From Octopus bimaculoides (taxonomy: Eukaryota), in contig NC_068996.1 of assembly GCF_001194135.2 (NCBI RefSeq), positions 39,306,114 to 39,370,113 on the forward strand: a stretch of DNA of 64,000 bases. Reading direction: 5' to 3'. The position numbers and the translations under genes are program-made. Below are positions 1 to 13,899 of the stretch, piece by piece (the stretch's first letter is position 1; every line of letters starts with the position of its first letter). The notes below the pieces were generated by a model that ran no database searches, had not been told where the DNA came from, and saw nothing but the letters and a program-made list of their open reading frames with translations.

Positions 1-726
1 AACTCAGTGGTTTTGGTTTCAGTCCCATTGCATAGCACCTTGGGTAAGTGTCTTCTGCAATAACCCTGGACTGACCAAAGACTAATGATTTTATTTGATA
101 GGCAGAAAATGCAAGATACCTATTGTGCATCTAGACATGTGTTATTGTGTGGAGGTGTATACCCATGTGTGATAATTGCAAATGAGCATCATTATCATAG
201 ATGAATTATCTGCTAGGAATCAGGTGAGGATTGTGAACAAGGACTACCAACTATAGAACATCTGCTACATGCAAGCATGTAAAAGTGGGTGTTCCATGTA
301 TGTGTAAGCATTCGTACATGTGTGTGTGTGTATATGTATATATGTGTGTATATATATATGTATATATGTATGTGTGTATATATGTATATGTCTATGTACA
401 TGCATATATCGGTATATATACAAGGACATGTACATGCTTGTATGTGTATATATTTGCATGTGTTCACATATTTGTCTGTCTTTCTATCTATCTATCTATA
501 AATATTCATATATATAAACATATGTACAAACGTGTATATCAATGTACACATGTGTATATATTTGTATGTGTGTTTGTATACATACAAATTTATAAAACAT
601 GTCTAAAAGTGTGTATATATATATATATTTATATGCATGTACACGTGTGTGTATGCATGTAATACATGTATACATGTATGTATATGCATACATATGTTGT
701 ATGTGTGTGTTTATATACATATATAC

Positions 727-1030
727 GTGTCCCAACCACATGCCTCCTGGTTCAGTCCCTCTGTGTGATACCTTGAGCAAGTGTCTTCTACTATAATCTC
801 GGGCCAACTGAAGCTTTGTGAGTAGATTTCATAGACAGAAACTGAAAGAACCCTGTTGTATGCCTGTGTCTTTGTGTCTGTGATGTGTTTATGTTCCTGT
901 AACCTAGTCATTTGGCAAAAGTGACTGAAAGAAGCTTAAAGAGAAACTAAGTCCTGGGGTCATTTCATTCGACTGAAAAGTTTTTGAGGCAGTGCCCCAG
1001 CATGGCTGCAGTCTAATGACTGAAACAAAT
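727..1030 (+). mobile_element. SINE family A
   Basis: Similarity to 45598-46004 from the B-box region to the tail. Confidence 0.85.
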
Positions 1031-1070
1031 AATACACACATATAGCGCTGTGTGTGTATGTATTCATATC

Positions 1071-1101
<31 letters not shown>

Positions 1102-1387
1102 GTGTATGTATAGTTATGTGTGTGACCTGGCATTATGGAGGCTATTTCTTGCAAGACACTTGGTGACCTCATTACTGTTTGAGACTTGAAAAATGTACCC
1201 AGTACACTTTGTGAAGTGGTTAACATTAGGAAGGGCATCCAGCTGCAGAAACCCTGCAAAAAGCAGACACTAGACTACAGTGCAGCTTTCTGGTAAACTG
1301 ATCATTTTGGCCAGTTCATTCCATAATAGCATAGAATACAGGCATTAAATGATGCATACACATTATATAATCATGCATATATATGTA

Positions 1388-1456
<69 letters not shown>

Positions 1457-2044
1457 CATGAGACTTGCCTGGATGAAGTTCAGGTAATGTGGAGCATTGT
1501 TATGTGGGAAAAGGTTCTCATTGAAGATGAAAGGAAGGCTCTGTAGGAGTTGCAGGAGAGCTGTATAGGAGTGAGACATGGTGTCTGAGGGAGAGAGAGA
1601 TGGCAATTATGAGAAGGACCAAGAGAGAAATGTGTGGTGTGAAGCTGTTTGACAAGAGGAGGACTTAGGACTTGATGAGGATGCTGGGGGTCAGAGGAAT
1701 CGGTGGAGTGGCTGGCAAGGGTATGTGTTGAGGAGGGTACTTGAGTTTGAGGTAAATGGACCAAGGAAAACATGGCGGAGATTGGGAGGGTTGGCTTAAG
1801 AAGGGAGGGCACCCAAAACAGGGTGAGATGGTGGCTGCTATGGTACTGAGGTAGATCCAGCCACCCCTGTTAATGGGGACAAAACACTGGATGACATGAC
1901 ACACACACACACACACACACACACANNNNNNNNNNNNNNNNNNNNNNNNNNNNNNNNNNNNNNNNNNNNNNNNNNNNNNNNNNNNNNNNNNNNNNNNNNN
2001 NNNNNNNNNNNNNNNNNNNNNNNNNNNNNNNNNNNNNNTATATA

Positions 2045-2370
2045 TAAAACTTGTTCGCCTTCAAGGGTTTTTTAGTCGAACAAATTGATTCCAAGGCTTA
2101 TTTCTTAACCTTATTACTTATTCTATCATTCTCTTTTGCTGAATCGCCAAGTCATGGGGACAAAAACACACCAACACCAGTTGCCAAGTGGTGATGGGTG
2201 GGGACAACACAGTCACAAAGATACACACAACAGGCTTCTTTCTGTTTCTATCTACCAAATCTACTCACAAGCCTTTGGTCAGTCCGAGGCTGTTGTATAG
2301 GACACTTGTCCAAGGTGCCACGCAGTGGGACTAAACCCTGAACCATGTGACTAGAAAGCAAGCTTCTTAT
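2045..2370 (-). mobile_element. SINE family A
   Basis: Reverse complement of family A. Confidence 0.85.
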
Positions 2371-2999
2371 ATGCAGTATTGGGGAGGTGTCCTAGTGCCT
2401 GGTGTATGCTAGAGAGTGTCTTGCAGTAGAGGAGATACATGGCTAATTGAGCAGAGAAGGGAGAAAGAATGGTGGAAATGTAATATCAGGGAATAATATC
2501 AAGGTACAAGGTTAAGGAGAGAATTAAGAATAATAATTAAGGATGGCTTGGTGGGTAGGTTTGCAAGAATGTGAATGGAAAGTGACAAAGAAGAGATGAG
2601 GATAAAAATGAATGGTGAACATGGATTGGAGGTATGGACAACAGTGAATCTCAGTGTATGAGAAGATAAAGGAAAATAAGGCTGGTCAGGTGGAAGAGGT
2701 GATAGATGGTACATAATAAAAGAGAGTGGGTAGAGCAATAGTATAATGAAACTATAGATAGACTGAGAAATAGGGAGAGGGTGCACAGTGCCAGAGATTG
2801 AGGTCAGAGGAATATAAGGATGGACATAATGACAACTGCTCTCATCCACACCAATGAATTTTTTGTCTTGCACACTATACATGTAATGATTCTTACACCC
2901 AGTTTTTCTCTCAATACACATTTTGGCATGCCAACATGGAAGGTGGACATTAAATGATAATGATGGTGATGATGTATATTGATGTTGCTCATCCAGCAG

Positions 3000-4560
3000 A
3001 GCATGATAGCTTATTTCTTTCTAGTTTTTGCATGTCCTCTGTATTCATGGCCCATGTTTCACTACCACGTATTACTACTGCTTGTACACAAGCACCATAC
3101 AACCTGCCTTCCTTTCTGAAAGAGGGAAGCCTTTTGTTATCAAGAGTTCATAGTTCTCAGAACTTTCTCCAGCTGGTCAATATTCTGGCAACTAGATTTT
3201 CAGAACATCCTCCTCCACTGCTAATTAGGTCTCTTTGGTAGCAGAAACTATCAACTACCTCTGAGGAAACCTGAGCATTTCAAAAATTCTATTTCATGTG
3301 TGTTCTTAGAGTTTATTGTTCCTGCACATCTGCAACAAACTAAGTTAACCTTCCTGTGATTCCACTGCAACTCTTGTGTGTCAATAGTATACATTTGGTA
3401 TACTTTATGGAATTTCTATCTCCACTTTTCCAACATGTCAAACAGGGCCACCTTCCTGAAGGTATTAGTGTATTATCTATTTTCCTGCTTGCTAGAACTT
3501 TTGATCTTTTCTAAATTAAGTTCAAGGCCCTTTGATTCCAGGTTTTGCTTCCATACCTGGAGTTTGCTTTTCTAATTGTACTGCAGGTCCAACATTAAGA
3601 ACAAGTTTATTAGCATAGAGCAGTTCCTGCTAACAAACTGGTCTATTATAGCTTGATGGACAATGATAAGCAGGAGGAGACTGAGAGCTGAGCCCTGGTG
3701 ATTTCCTGTCTGCACTCTAAATTTGTCACTGTACTCATTGTTAACTTTATTGACAGCTCCTCCATATATGGCTTGAACAACTCTGTGGCCATTCATCCAC
3801 TCCTACCTTCTGCAACAATCACCTGAGTAGTAGAGAGTGAGGAACCCTGTCAAAGGCTTTTTGTAGGTTGATGAAAGCCAAATATAGCAGTTTTACTTGT
3901 GGCTAAATCCTTTTTTCAGTTGCCTTACTAGAAAAGACATCAGTAGTTTTTCTCTCTGGTGCAAATCCAAACTGCATGTCACCTAATTATTTAAGCTGAA
4001 ACTCTCTGTAAGTTTCATTTCTTGGACCTGCAGTCTGATGCATCTGTAATTACTTCCCTTTAAAGAATCTCCTTTACCCTTTTTAACAGCTGCACCGGTT
4101 GTTGGGTGGCTATTTCCTTCTTTGTCCTTTTCTTATGAAATGCTTCAAGTAAGACTTCTGTCTTTGATTGTTCAAAAGAACTTTAAGCTTGCATGTCTTT
4201 CTTTTCCTGAATAGTATGTCTGTCCTTCTGATTCTGAAGTCTCTAACCATTAACCTAAGCTGAGTAGGACAATCTTCACCAGATAAAGCCTTTGCATTTA
4301 CAATCCGCTTTCTAATGCGAATGAAATCAGTCTAGCTTGTGAGCTCACCAGATTTATAGGTGATCAGGTGCAGATGACTAGCTGGTTTCCTAAAGTGTTA
4401 CTGATCATCTGGTTATTTATATCTCAGAAGAACTCCATGATGCTTTGTCCCTCATTTCTAGAGCCAAATACATTGCTTTCATGTGTACCACGGAATCACT
4501 CTGGATGCTGTCAGTATGACCATAGAAGTTACCGATATTCTTCATTCAGGTAGTCTGCAA
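3000..4560 (-). mobile_element. RTE-clade LINE reverse transcriptase fragment (decayed)
   Basis: GNHQGSALSLLL, ELLYANKLV, EVVDSFCY..DLISSGGGC, WRKF.EL, GRLYGACVQAVVIRGSETWA; many stops. Confidence 0.85.
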
Positions 4561-5197
4561 AAGGGTATATAAAAAAAGTTCTTTTGTCTGGCAGTCCTGA
4601 TTGAGAAACATAGGCATAGATTAAAGTGACTTTTGTATTTTCCAAAAATACTCTAAACTTAAGTATATTATCACAAACTGTCTACCACTTTAGTCTATCC
4701 ATTCACTAAAAGTGCACTCTTATACCCCTTACTATCTGTATTGCCTTCCTGAGACTCCACTCCATCTTACCTCTTGCACACAACACACCTACATGCTACT
4801 GTTCTACTAGCATTTCTACAATCACTCATGACCTACATTGTGGCTGCACTTAATTTGTAGGTAGAATGGGAGAAGTGAGTAAGGAGCTGATGAGACAGTT
4901 TTCAGCATTTGAAAAAGGGTGAACTGATATTGCTCAATATTAGATATACAAATATTAATATTACCACTTATCAAAACCACCATTTGCTCATATCTCAGAA
5001 ATTTAGGACTAGGTAGATTTAAAATTGTGTGTGTGTGTGTGTATGCACACATAAAGGGATGTGTATGTATACTTAGGTATTTATAAATATTTGTGTACAT
5101 GTATATATGTGTGTATATATATATATATATGCATGCATGTGTGTTTATATACATATTTATGTAAGTAAGTTTGTGTGTGTGTACATATGTATGTGTA

Positions 5198-5233
<36 letters not shown>

Positions 5234-6014
5234 GACCAAAAACACCCCAAAGAAGCTAGTATTGGTCTACATCAGCAAGAGTTGTGTAGTTATGAGTGAA
5301 AAATCCAGGTTCAAACTGCCTTTTATTTGAGGAACATTTGAAAGAGAAATTTTCTATTAAGAAGTTCTGTTTGAAACTTTGGATTTTCCTATTCTTATGC
5401 CATAATCGCTGAACTCTTTTTATTGATTTTATTATATACATATATATGCATATGTATTTGTGTTTGTATATACGTGACCCTCGTGTAGCCATCTGCTTCA
5501 CCAGTCCTCAGTCAAATCGTCCAACCCATGCTAGCATGGAAAGCGGACATTAAACGATGATGATGATGATGTGTGTGTGTGCATATCTGTGTCTGAGGAT
5601 GTCCTCCACCACTGCTTGACAACTGGTTGTTGTATTTACATCCCTGTAACTTAGCAGTTTAGAATAAGTACCAGGCTTTAAAAAAAAGAAACGGTATTGG
5701 GGTTGATTTATTCAACTAAAAGTTCTTGAAAGTGGTGCCCCAGCATGTCCGTAGTTCAATGAAGGAAACAAGTAAAAGATATATATGAAAAGAATAATAG
5801 TATGAGCTTGTTATGGGGAGTCGAAATCCAATGTTTTGGACAGTCTTTTTTAAGGAAAGTTGAAGAAGAGAAATTAATGACAGCAGTGTTTAAAACAGAC
5901 AAAAAAACTGGTTGCAACTGGTAAGGAGTGCAGGACCACATGAGTTTCATAAGTGAACAAAAAGTTGTAGGAGAAACAGTTGAGAATCTCCTTAAGTCAC
6001 ACAGATCACTGAAA

Positions 6015-6330
6015 AATAAACAACTTTGGTTGCACATTGTCTAGCCATGTTTATTTGTATCACATGCAAAACTTTGTGGTGTCCTTTACATTGGGGAAAC
6101 AGGCCGACACATTGCTGATCTCTTTCAGGAGCTTATCTGAAGCATACCCCTACTATAACTGCATATTCAGGCCGACCTGTTGCTTCCCGATTCAGCACTA
6201 TAGGCCATTCCATCACTCACTTATCTGTACATAACATTGCCATGGTTTCTAATTCTCAACAGAATGGAGGGAACATCATTTTATATTCGAATTTGATTCC
6301 ATGTCCCCAACAAGTTTAAATTAACGTTTT
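6015..6330 (+). mobile_element. Penelope-like element GIY-YIG endonuclease fragment (decayed)
   Basis: Frameshifted translation NNFGCTLSS..FICITC..LCGVLYIGETGRHIADLFQE (YIG at 6087-6095), matching the PLE endonuclease motif CxSxNVIYCITCxxCxxxYIGETGRxLxxRFxEH. Confidence 0.8.
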
Positions 6331-7109
6331 TTTTTTCTTCTTATATTCCTTAATCTCTGTCTTACACTTCAACTTTGTTCTCACCTTGTCTTTTCCCTTC
6401 ACCTCAGTCTCAACTTTGCCATTTATTTTTCCTCTACTTTCTCACAGTTTCTCCTTTCACTTCTTGTTCATGTATGGAGCTCATGTGGGGCTGCTCTTTC
6501 CAGTTGCAGCCAGTTTTTTTTTTTTTTCCATCTTAAAGTGTGTAAAACTCTGTTCGCATTCATTAGTTTCTCTGCTTTCAACTTTTCCCTGAACAAACAT
6601 TGGATTTTCCACTCCTCACAGCAATTCATTGTACTCTTTTTATTGTTTTTACTGTATAATAAGCCTTGCCAATGCAGACCAATACCAGCCTGTTTGGAGT
6701 CTGATAATACATATATTTGAATTTGTGTATGTGTCCATGTATGTTTGTATATATATGTGTGTGTATGTATATACCATATTTTATGTGTATAAGGAACCCA
6801 TTTTTGTTAAAAATTAGGTTAAAAAAATATGGGAGTTTCTTATACATGGATAGAATCATAATCCCTTACAAAACCTTTTTTCCAAATTTTAAGCCCCACC
6901 AAATTAGGGGTTTCCTTATACACATCAAAATACGGTGCATTCGTATATGTATATATGTATGTATGGTTGGTTGGTCCCAGGGCATACAGTAGAAACACCG
7001 GAGTGAAGGATCCTTTAAGGAGAGGGACACACTAATGCAAAACTTGTGGTTTCACATGATAACTGGTTACCTTGCCTCGGCCTATCATTTGGTATTAATC
7101 ATACACTCA

Positions 7110-7249
7110 GAGAATGGTACTTGTGTTGTACACATATTTATCAGTATAATCCAGTGATGTACAAATACCTTGTTCCACTGAGAATGGTACTTGTGTTGTA
7201 CACATATTTATCAGTATAATCCAGTGATGTACAAATACCTTGTTACACT
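7110..7249. repeat. 70-bp tandem duplication (2 copies)
   Basis: 7110-7179 and 7180-7249 differ at one base. Confidence 0.97.
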
Positions 7250-8527
7250 GACCTAATTAATACCATCACCTGAAAGTCCTGTGGTGATATGTGCAGACCT
7301 AGCCAGTTGGAAGTGCACAGTATGTTACAGCTTTCATCTGTCACCTAAGCTTCTAGTCATGCAGGTCTGCAGGAGGACTGAATAGTCAGTCATCTGAGAG
7401 GTCATGGTTGGAAAGTCAAATGTTGACAATGAGAAAGCACGAGGAGAAGGCAAACATCTGTGTAGATAGAGTAATCACTATACAAGCATATATGTGTATA
7501 AATATGTGAATAGATGTGTGTGTATGTAAGTACATATATACATATGACTGTGCATATGTGTGTACATAAATATACAGATATTTAGTGTATCTTGTGTACA
7601 AATAGAATTATGACTGCTACTGATTAGAGCTCCACTTTAGTCTTCTGATGATCCATTTTGGTTCAGCACACGTGTGTATATACATATAAGTGTATTTATA
7701 TATGTATACATGTACGTATGTGTATGTACATTTGAGTGTATGTGTATTTATGTATATATCCTTTTATGTTTCAGCCTTGAGGCTGTGGCCATGCTTGGAC
7801 ATTATACACATACACACACCTGTGTATATTTATGTGTTTGTGTATATGTGTGTATACATGTATGTGTTTATGTGTGCATGTATATACGTATATGTATATA
7901 TGTGTGCATATATATATATATATTTAAATAAACGTGTGTGTGTGTGTGTGTGTGTGTATACACACATCGTCATCATCATTTTAATGTCATGTTCATTTCT
8001 AACATGGTTTGGATGGTTTGACGGGATCCAATAGGTCCAAAGACTGCATTGTGCTCCATTTTCTGCTTTGGCATGGTTTCTATAGCTTGATGCCTTTCCT
8101 AACAGCAACTAGCACTCTTGAGCTTGGTGTGCAGCTTGCAAGCCTACAAGCCCTGATGGAATCGGGGTATGGCTTTACTCTAAAGTTCAAGAAGTAAAGG
8201 ACGGGAGTGGGGTAGAATAGTTTCTTGTACAAGAACTACCAGGTTTACTTGCATTTCTTTGGGAAGGGAAAGAATGATCGCAAGAAGCTGTGAAGAGATG
8301 AGGTGCCAAGGCAGCCCCTCATGATGTGTGGGAATAGAAGTGGTTGAATGCTGGGGTTGCAAGATTGTATATATGTATACATGTGTATATTTGTATACAT
8401 GCATACTTATATATATGCATACACACGCACATATATATATGCATATATGTATATATATATGCATATATGTATATATATATGCATATATGTATATATATAT
8501 GCATATATGTATATATANNNNNNNNNN

Positions 8528-8560
<33 letters not shown>

Positions 8561-9651
8561 TGTATATATATATATATATACACACACACACATATATATA
8601 TATATGCATGTATATATATGCATATGTACGCATGTTTACTCATATGCATCTATGTATATCTATGTATTCACATGTAACAGCTGTTTTCCTTGCTGTCATA
8701 ACTTGGACAGTTTGAGAGAATCTTGGGAGCCATTAGGCTGCACTGTTCTCCAGCCACAACTTTGGTGTGGTTCCTGTGGCCAGATTCCTTTTTTATTCTC
8801 AACAACTTCACATTGCATATTGGGTGCTTTTTTCATGCCACCTCCACTAGTGAGGTGCCAAGCAGCTTGCACCGCAGAAAAAGAACAGTGTGGTGGGGGT
8901 GAGGAAAAGGCCCCTACTCCTAAGTGGTGGATAGTACTTGAGAGCAGTTGGCACGTGGCTCAGTGGTTAGAGCATCATGAGTTCAGTCATGAAGTAGTGA
9001 GTTTAATTCCCAGATATAAGCCCACCAACATCAGTTGTCAAGTGATGGTGGAGTGACAAACACAAAGACACACACAAATTCGATGGGCTTCTTTCAGCTT
9101 CTGTGTACCAAATCCACTCACAAGGCTTTGGTTGGCCTGAGGCTATAGTAGAAGACGCCCAAGGTACCACGAGGTGGGACTGAACCCGGAACCATGTGGT
9201 TGGGCAGCAACCTTCTTACCACACAGCCACACTTGGACATATGAATATTTTTTTTTTTCAAGTAATAGACTTGTTTTTGCCAGTGCCAACCAACCAGCTT
9301 GATACATTTATATTTCATTGAGAGCTTGATTATAAGGGTCACTTGGACACTATGAGACCCCAGATGTTCTTGTTTTATCTTCTTAACATGTAGCCTACAA
9401 TCAAGGCTTGGGTGATTCTATATTCTAAACATTTTTCTGTCATAGCTCAGTGATATTACCATTATCCAGTATGCTTTTTGCATAATATAGGGACAGTTTC
9501 TTTCAGGTTTCTTCTATCCAGCATCCTAGTTTAGCTTTCTTTCCCTCACTGCAGATTTGCTTCCAGAATTAATCAGTATCTTGCTGAGGAGGAAACTTTG
9601 TGACTTTGACTGTCCCTTCAGATATCTTGCTAATTACTTTTCCTTCTAGAT

Positions 9652-10157
9652 CAGGAGTTCTCAACCACTTTTTACTTATGGACACCTTTGATTACTATAG
9701 CCATTTGATGTTTAAAAACTAGCTTTATAGAAACTTCTTTCAACATTTCTATTTAACTTGTGTAGGTTGAACTATGTAAACTGTTAAAGAAACCTAGCTA
9801 TTTCTTGCAATACATACATCTAAAGCAGGGTTCTCAACCATTTTTTTTATCACTAAACCCTTTTGATTACTATTTTATTCTGGTGGACCTCCATAGCCAT
9901 TCGATGTTTAAAAACTAGTTTTATAGAAGCTTCTTTCAGAATTCCTATTTTGTTATTCACACATTAACTTGTTGTAGGTTGAATTATGTAAAATGTTAGA
10001 GAAAGGAACTAAGTTGTTTCTTGCAATAAATACCAATACATACATCTAAAGCAAAATTTTTTCAGGGGCCCTTAAAATACTATTGTGGATCCCCAATTTA
10101 CTATTTTATTGTGTGGACCCCACAAAACCTTATATGGACCCTGGTCGAGAACCACTG
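9652..10157. mobile_element. Nested/duplicated hAT MITEs (CAGGGGTTCTCAACC-type ends), family H2
   Basis: Left ends at 9652 (after TTCTAGAT) and 9826 (after ATCTAAAG) with the same internal sequence; a single right end GAGAACCACTG at 10157. Confidence 0.75.
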
Positions 10158-10231
10158 CATTGGATCTTTTCTGATGCTAGAGTTTCTCACAAAAGCTTTT
10201 CGGTGTTTGTTTTAAGGTGATTGATTTATAC

Positions 10232-10534
10232 CAGGCGTGGCTGACTCTCATTACATTGTGGGCCACTTTAATCACAAAGTTTTTTGAGGCCGCTTGTATA
10301 TTGACAGAATTGAAAGCATTTTGCTTTCTCATGCTATCATTACAATAACGAATGAATAATCGCTGATTCAACATGAAATTCCAGTAGTATCTTTCCTTTT
10401 TACTTTTCATTACTGTCTTTAATTTTTGATAAAATTATAAAAATGTTTGCTTAAATAAACTCGTGTATCAAGTGAGCCACAAGATAAGTCTGCAAGCCGC
10501 ATGCGGCCCACGGGCCACAGGTTGGCCAGCCCTG
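10232..10534. mobile_element. hAT (Buster-type) MITE, family H1
   Basis: TIRs CAGGCGTGGCTGAC / GTTGGCCAGCCCTG; 8-bp TSD ATTTATAC / ATCTATAC; second copy at 53019-53339 in the opposite orientation. Confidence 0.85.
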
Positions 10535-10914
10535 ATCTATACTCAAGTGTCTTTTTACTTTCTCCTAACATTCATTCTATTTATTTTTCGACTTTTGACA
10601 GTGAGACGTAGTTATTTGTATATGTTTGCATGTAAAGTCTTGTCACATAACTGATAGGCTTCCGTAAGTCAATTATTTTTTCTTCCATTTTACAAATCCA
10701 CAATGGTTTTTCTAAAATTTTGCTTTTATTTAGTTTTCAATTTGTGTCTTCAAGATATTGTTTAGCAGTGGTAAGGATCATCTATAAACAGTTACTTATT
10801 TACCAAAATGAAGAGGCACAAGTGTTCCTTGTTTATATCATTAATCACTGTTGACATCAACTCAGGTCTTGCTCATTAAATTATTGTTTCTCGTTACACT
10901 TCATTAAGAATAAA

Positions 10915-11460
10915 TTTCAATTACTCTTTTACATGTTTTGGTCATTTGACTGCAGCCATGCTGGAGCACTGCTTTTAGTCAAAGAAATCAACCCAGGACT
11001 TATTCTTTGTTAGCCTAGTACTTATTCTATCAGTCTCTTTTTCTGAACTGCTAAGTTTCGGGGACATAAACACACTAACATTGGTTGTCAAGTGGTAGTG
11101 GTGGGGGTGGACAAAGACACACACACATAAATATATATATATATATATATATANNNNNNNNNNNNNNNNNNNNNNNNNNNNNNNNNNNNNNNNNNNNNNN
11201 NNNNNNNNNNNNNNNNNNNNNNNNNNNNNNNNNNNNNNNNNNNNNNNATGTGTGTCTTTGTCCACCCCCACCACTACCACTTGACAATGTGGTATATATA
11301 CGACAGGCTTCTTTCAGTTTCCGTCTACCAAATCCACTTACAAGGCTTTGGTTGGCGCGAGGCTACAGTAGAAAACACTTGCTCAAGGTGCCACGCAGTG
11401 GGACTGAACTTGGAACCATGTGGGTGGGAAGCAAGCTTCTTACCACACAGCCATATTTTT
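10915..11460 (-). mobile_element. SINE family A spanning an assembly gap
   Basis: Reverse complement of family A; internal segment duplicated on both sides of gap 11154-11247. Confidence 0.85.
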
Positions 11461-13899
11461 TGCACACCTAGCATTGTAGTAAACTTATAGGTAGTTGATC
11501 CAGTAGCTACTGTCAGTTAGATATGGGAGGTCAGCCTTACTGCACTGTAACACAATAGCAGGTGGAGACAGGATCTGTTAATCAGGTGCACTGTGGCATG
11601 TGTGTGTTTTACTATTTAGTTGTGTGCTGTTCACATTTGTGGAAATGAAATTAAAATCATAATTGTGTGTGTGTGTGTGTGTGTGTGAAAGCATGGCTCT
11701 TTGCTTTTCATTCCCGCCATTCTGGGTTTAGGATCTCACTGCATGGCATGTTGGACAAGTGGATCTTCATTTGTAATTCTCAGGTCGACAAATACCATGC
11801 GAATAGGATATGCAGGCTGGAAATTACTCAGGAGCCTATTGTGTGTGTGTGTATTCAATGCTGAGTGTATGTGAGTCATCTGGAAGTAGAAAGTCCAACT
11901 TGTGACTCATGCACACTTGGCTTTGAATGAATGTTATTTCACTGAACTTCACAGTATTGAGCACTTTTTTCCTTTTGCTGTATACCAATTAAAGCCATGT
12001 AAACACATATTCATCTATGCACACGTGTATGTACATGTGAGTTTGTTTATAGTCATATTATTAACTAAAACCTGCTGGCCTTATTTTGTTTGTATTCCTT
12101 CACACCCTGAAACTTAGCTGGTAAACAAATAGTGATTGATATAAGTTGACAGACTGCAACAAGTGTGCTGTGGTTAAGTTGAAGTGATTGATTAAGCACT
12201 TCAAGGCCAAAGGTCAATGATCTGTGTGTGTGTGTGTGTGCGTGTATGCATCTGTTTTCATTACATGAACATTGTGATATTCTTGGAAGGTCTATTACTA
12301 TTTACTTATATCTTTGAATATATGTATGCATATATGCACATGTGTGTGTGTGTGTATACATGTATCTGTATATTTAAGCCCATTTATGTGTGTACATACG
12401 TGTATATATGTATATATACACACACACATAAACACAAATACACTCACATATGTATGTGTATACTGGATCTCCTTCAAGTCAAGATTTTTTTTTTTTAATA
12501 AAGAACTTCATAGATGTGATTCTTTTATATATACATGTTTACTAATTTCATTAAGTTATCATTCATTGTTTTTACTTTGCTTTTATGTTCTATAGTAATG
12601 CTGAGAATGTTTCACACATTTCTCACATTAACGAGAAAGTGCTTAGGGTTGCCTGTACAACAATTTTTAAGAGCACCAAATTTTTTTCTTTTTTTTTTTG
12701 TAATGCCATTACACACCGTCAGCCGAAGTTCAAAGTCTGAATGTTCATGATCACTCGTGTACTACATTGATGTTCCAAATCAGATCTCAGTGCAGTGAAT
12801 TTTTGCTTCCAAATAGGATTGTATTGATTGGATTAGAGGTTGATTAACTGCATTTCCACATTTCTTAAATCTAACCACACAAAATAAATGCCTCTAATTT
12901 CAAACTCTGTAAAATCTGCTTCATCATGATACTTTATTAGGGCTGTGCTAAACCTTTGATTCTGACTCACCGCCTTATAATATCGCTGACTGCAAGTCCT
13001 CTATTTGCAATTAGACTCATATATATTTCTTTTATTGATTGGCAGCTCATGACTTACATGGCCAATATGAATCATTTAGTCTACATTTTAGTAACCCAAA
13101 CCTGTTTGGGTTTAAAGGTTATAGCTGTACTATTGTGACATTTTTATATTATTTATCAAAGAAACTACAAATAATTAGACATATGACAAAACTTATAAAC
13201 TGAAATAAAAAAAAGACTATTTTAATCTAATGTCTGTAAAGTAAACACATGTAAATGAAATGAATTACAAAAATACTATAAAAGATCAAGAATGTTTTTG
13301 GTTTACTAGTTCAAAAAAAAAAAAATCTAAGGCATATTCAAAGTTAAAAATAAATGAGTGACTATCTAAAGCAACTTANNNNNNNNNNNNNNNNNNNNNN
13401 NNNNNNNNNNNNNNNNNNNNNNNNNNNNNNNNNNNNNNNNNNNNNNNNNNNNTCTAAGGCATATTCAAAGTTAAAAATAAATGAGTGACTATCTAAAGCA
13501 ACTTAACAAGATGACCAACTATAAACTCAGCTACCTAACCCCTTTTCGGGATTTACAGCAGTGGTTCTCAACTAGGGTCCATGTGGTTTTTTGGGGGGAA
13601 GGGGGTCCATATAAGATTTTGTTGTTCAAAATTTATGACTCCAACTCTACAGTTCTGTATTATATAAATTATTGTTTCTCTAACTCATTGAATTCTACCA
13701 GAAACTGATTCAACAGTAAATTAAATTCTTGTTTATGCAAAACCATATCATCATTTAACATTCATTTTCCATGCTGGCATTGGTTGGACGGTTTGACTGA
13801 ATCTGGTAAAGCCAGGGGCCTCACCAAGCTCCATTGTCTCTTCTGACATGGTTTCTACAGCTACATCCCCTTTCAAACACAGTTATCAAAATTACATTT

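Noticed and set aside
213-807. Stacked ORFs rich in Y/I/H/T/C/V/M
   Set aside because: Translations of (TA)n/(CA)n/(TATG)n microsatellite. The same applies to the ORFs at about 7670-8720, 12200-12600, 21100-21420, 48660-49200 and similar.
5802-6044. Near-open + frame with a single internal stop upstream of the Penelope fragment
   Set aside because: No motif recognised; cannot be distinguished from chance in purine-rich DNA.
12971-13200. Strong minus-strand donors (GTGAGT at 12970, GTAAGT at about 13057) and an acceptor near 13199
   Set aside because: No acceptor/donor pair gives an open exon with convincing sites in a phase compatible with the upstream exons.
13326-13505. 53-bp direct repeat flanking gap 13379-13452
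   Set aside because: Identical sequence on both sides of an N run is a typical unmerged contig overlap. The same applies around gap 11154-11247.
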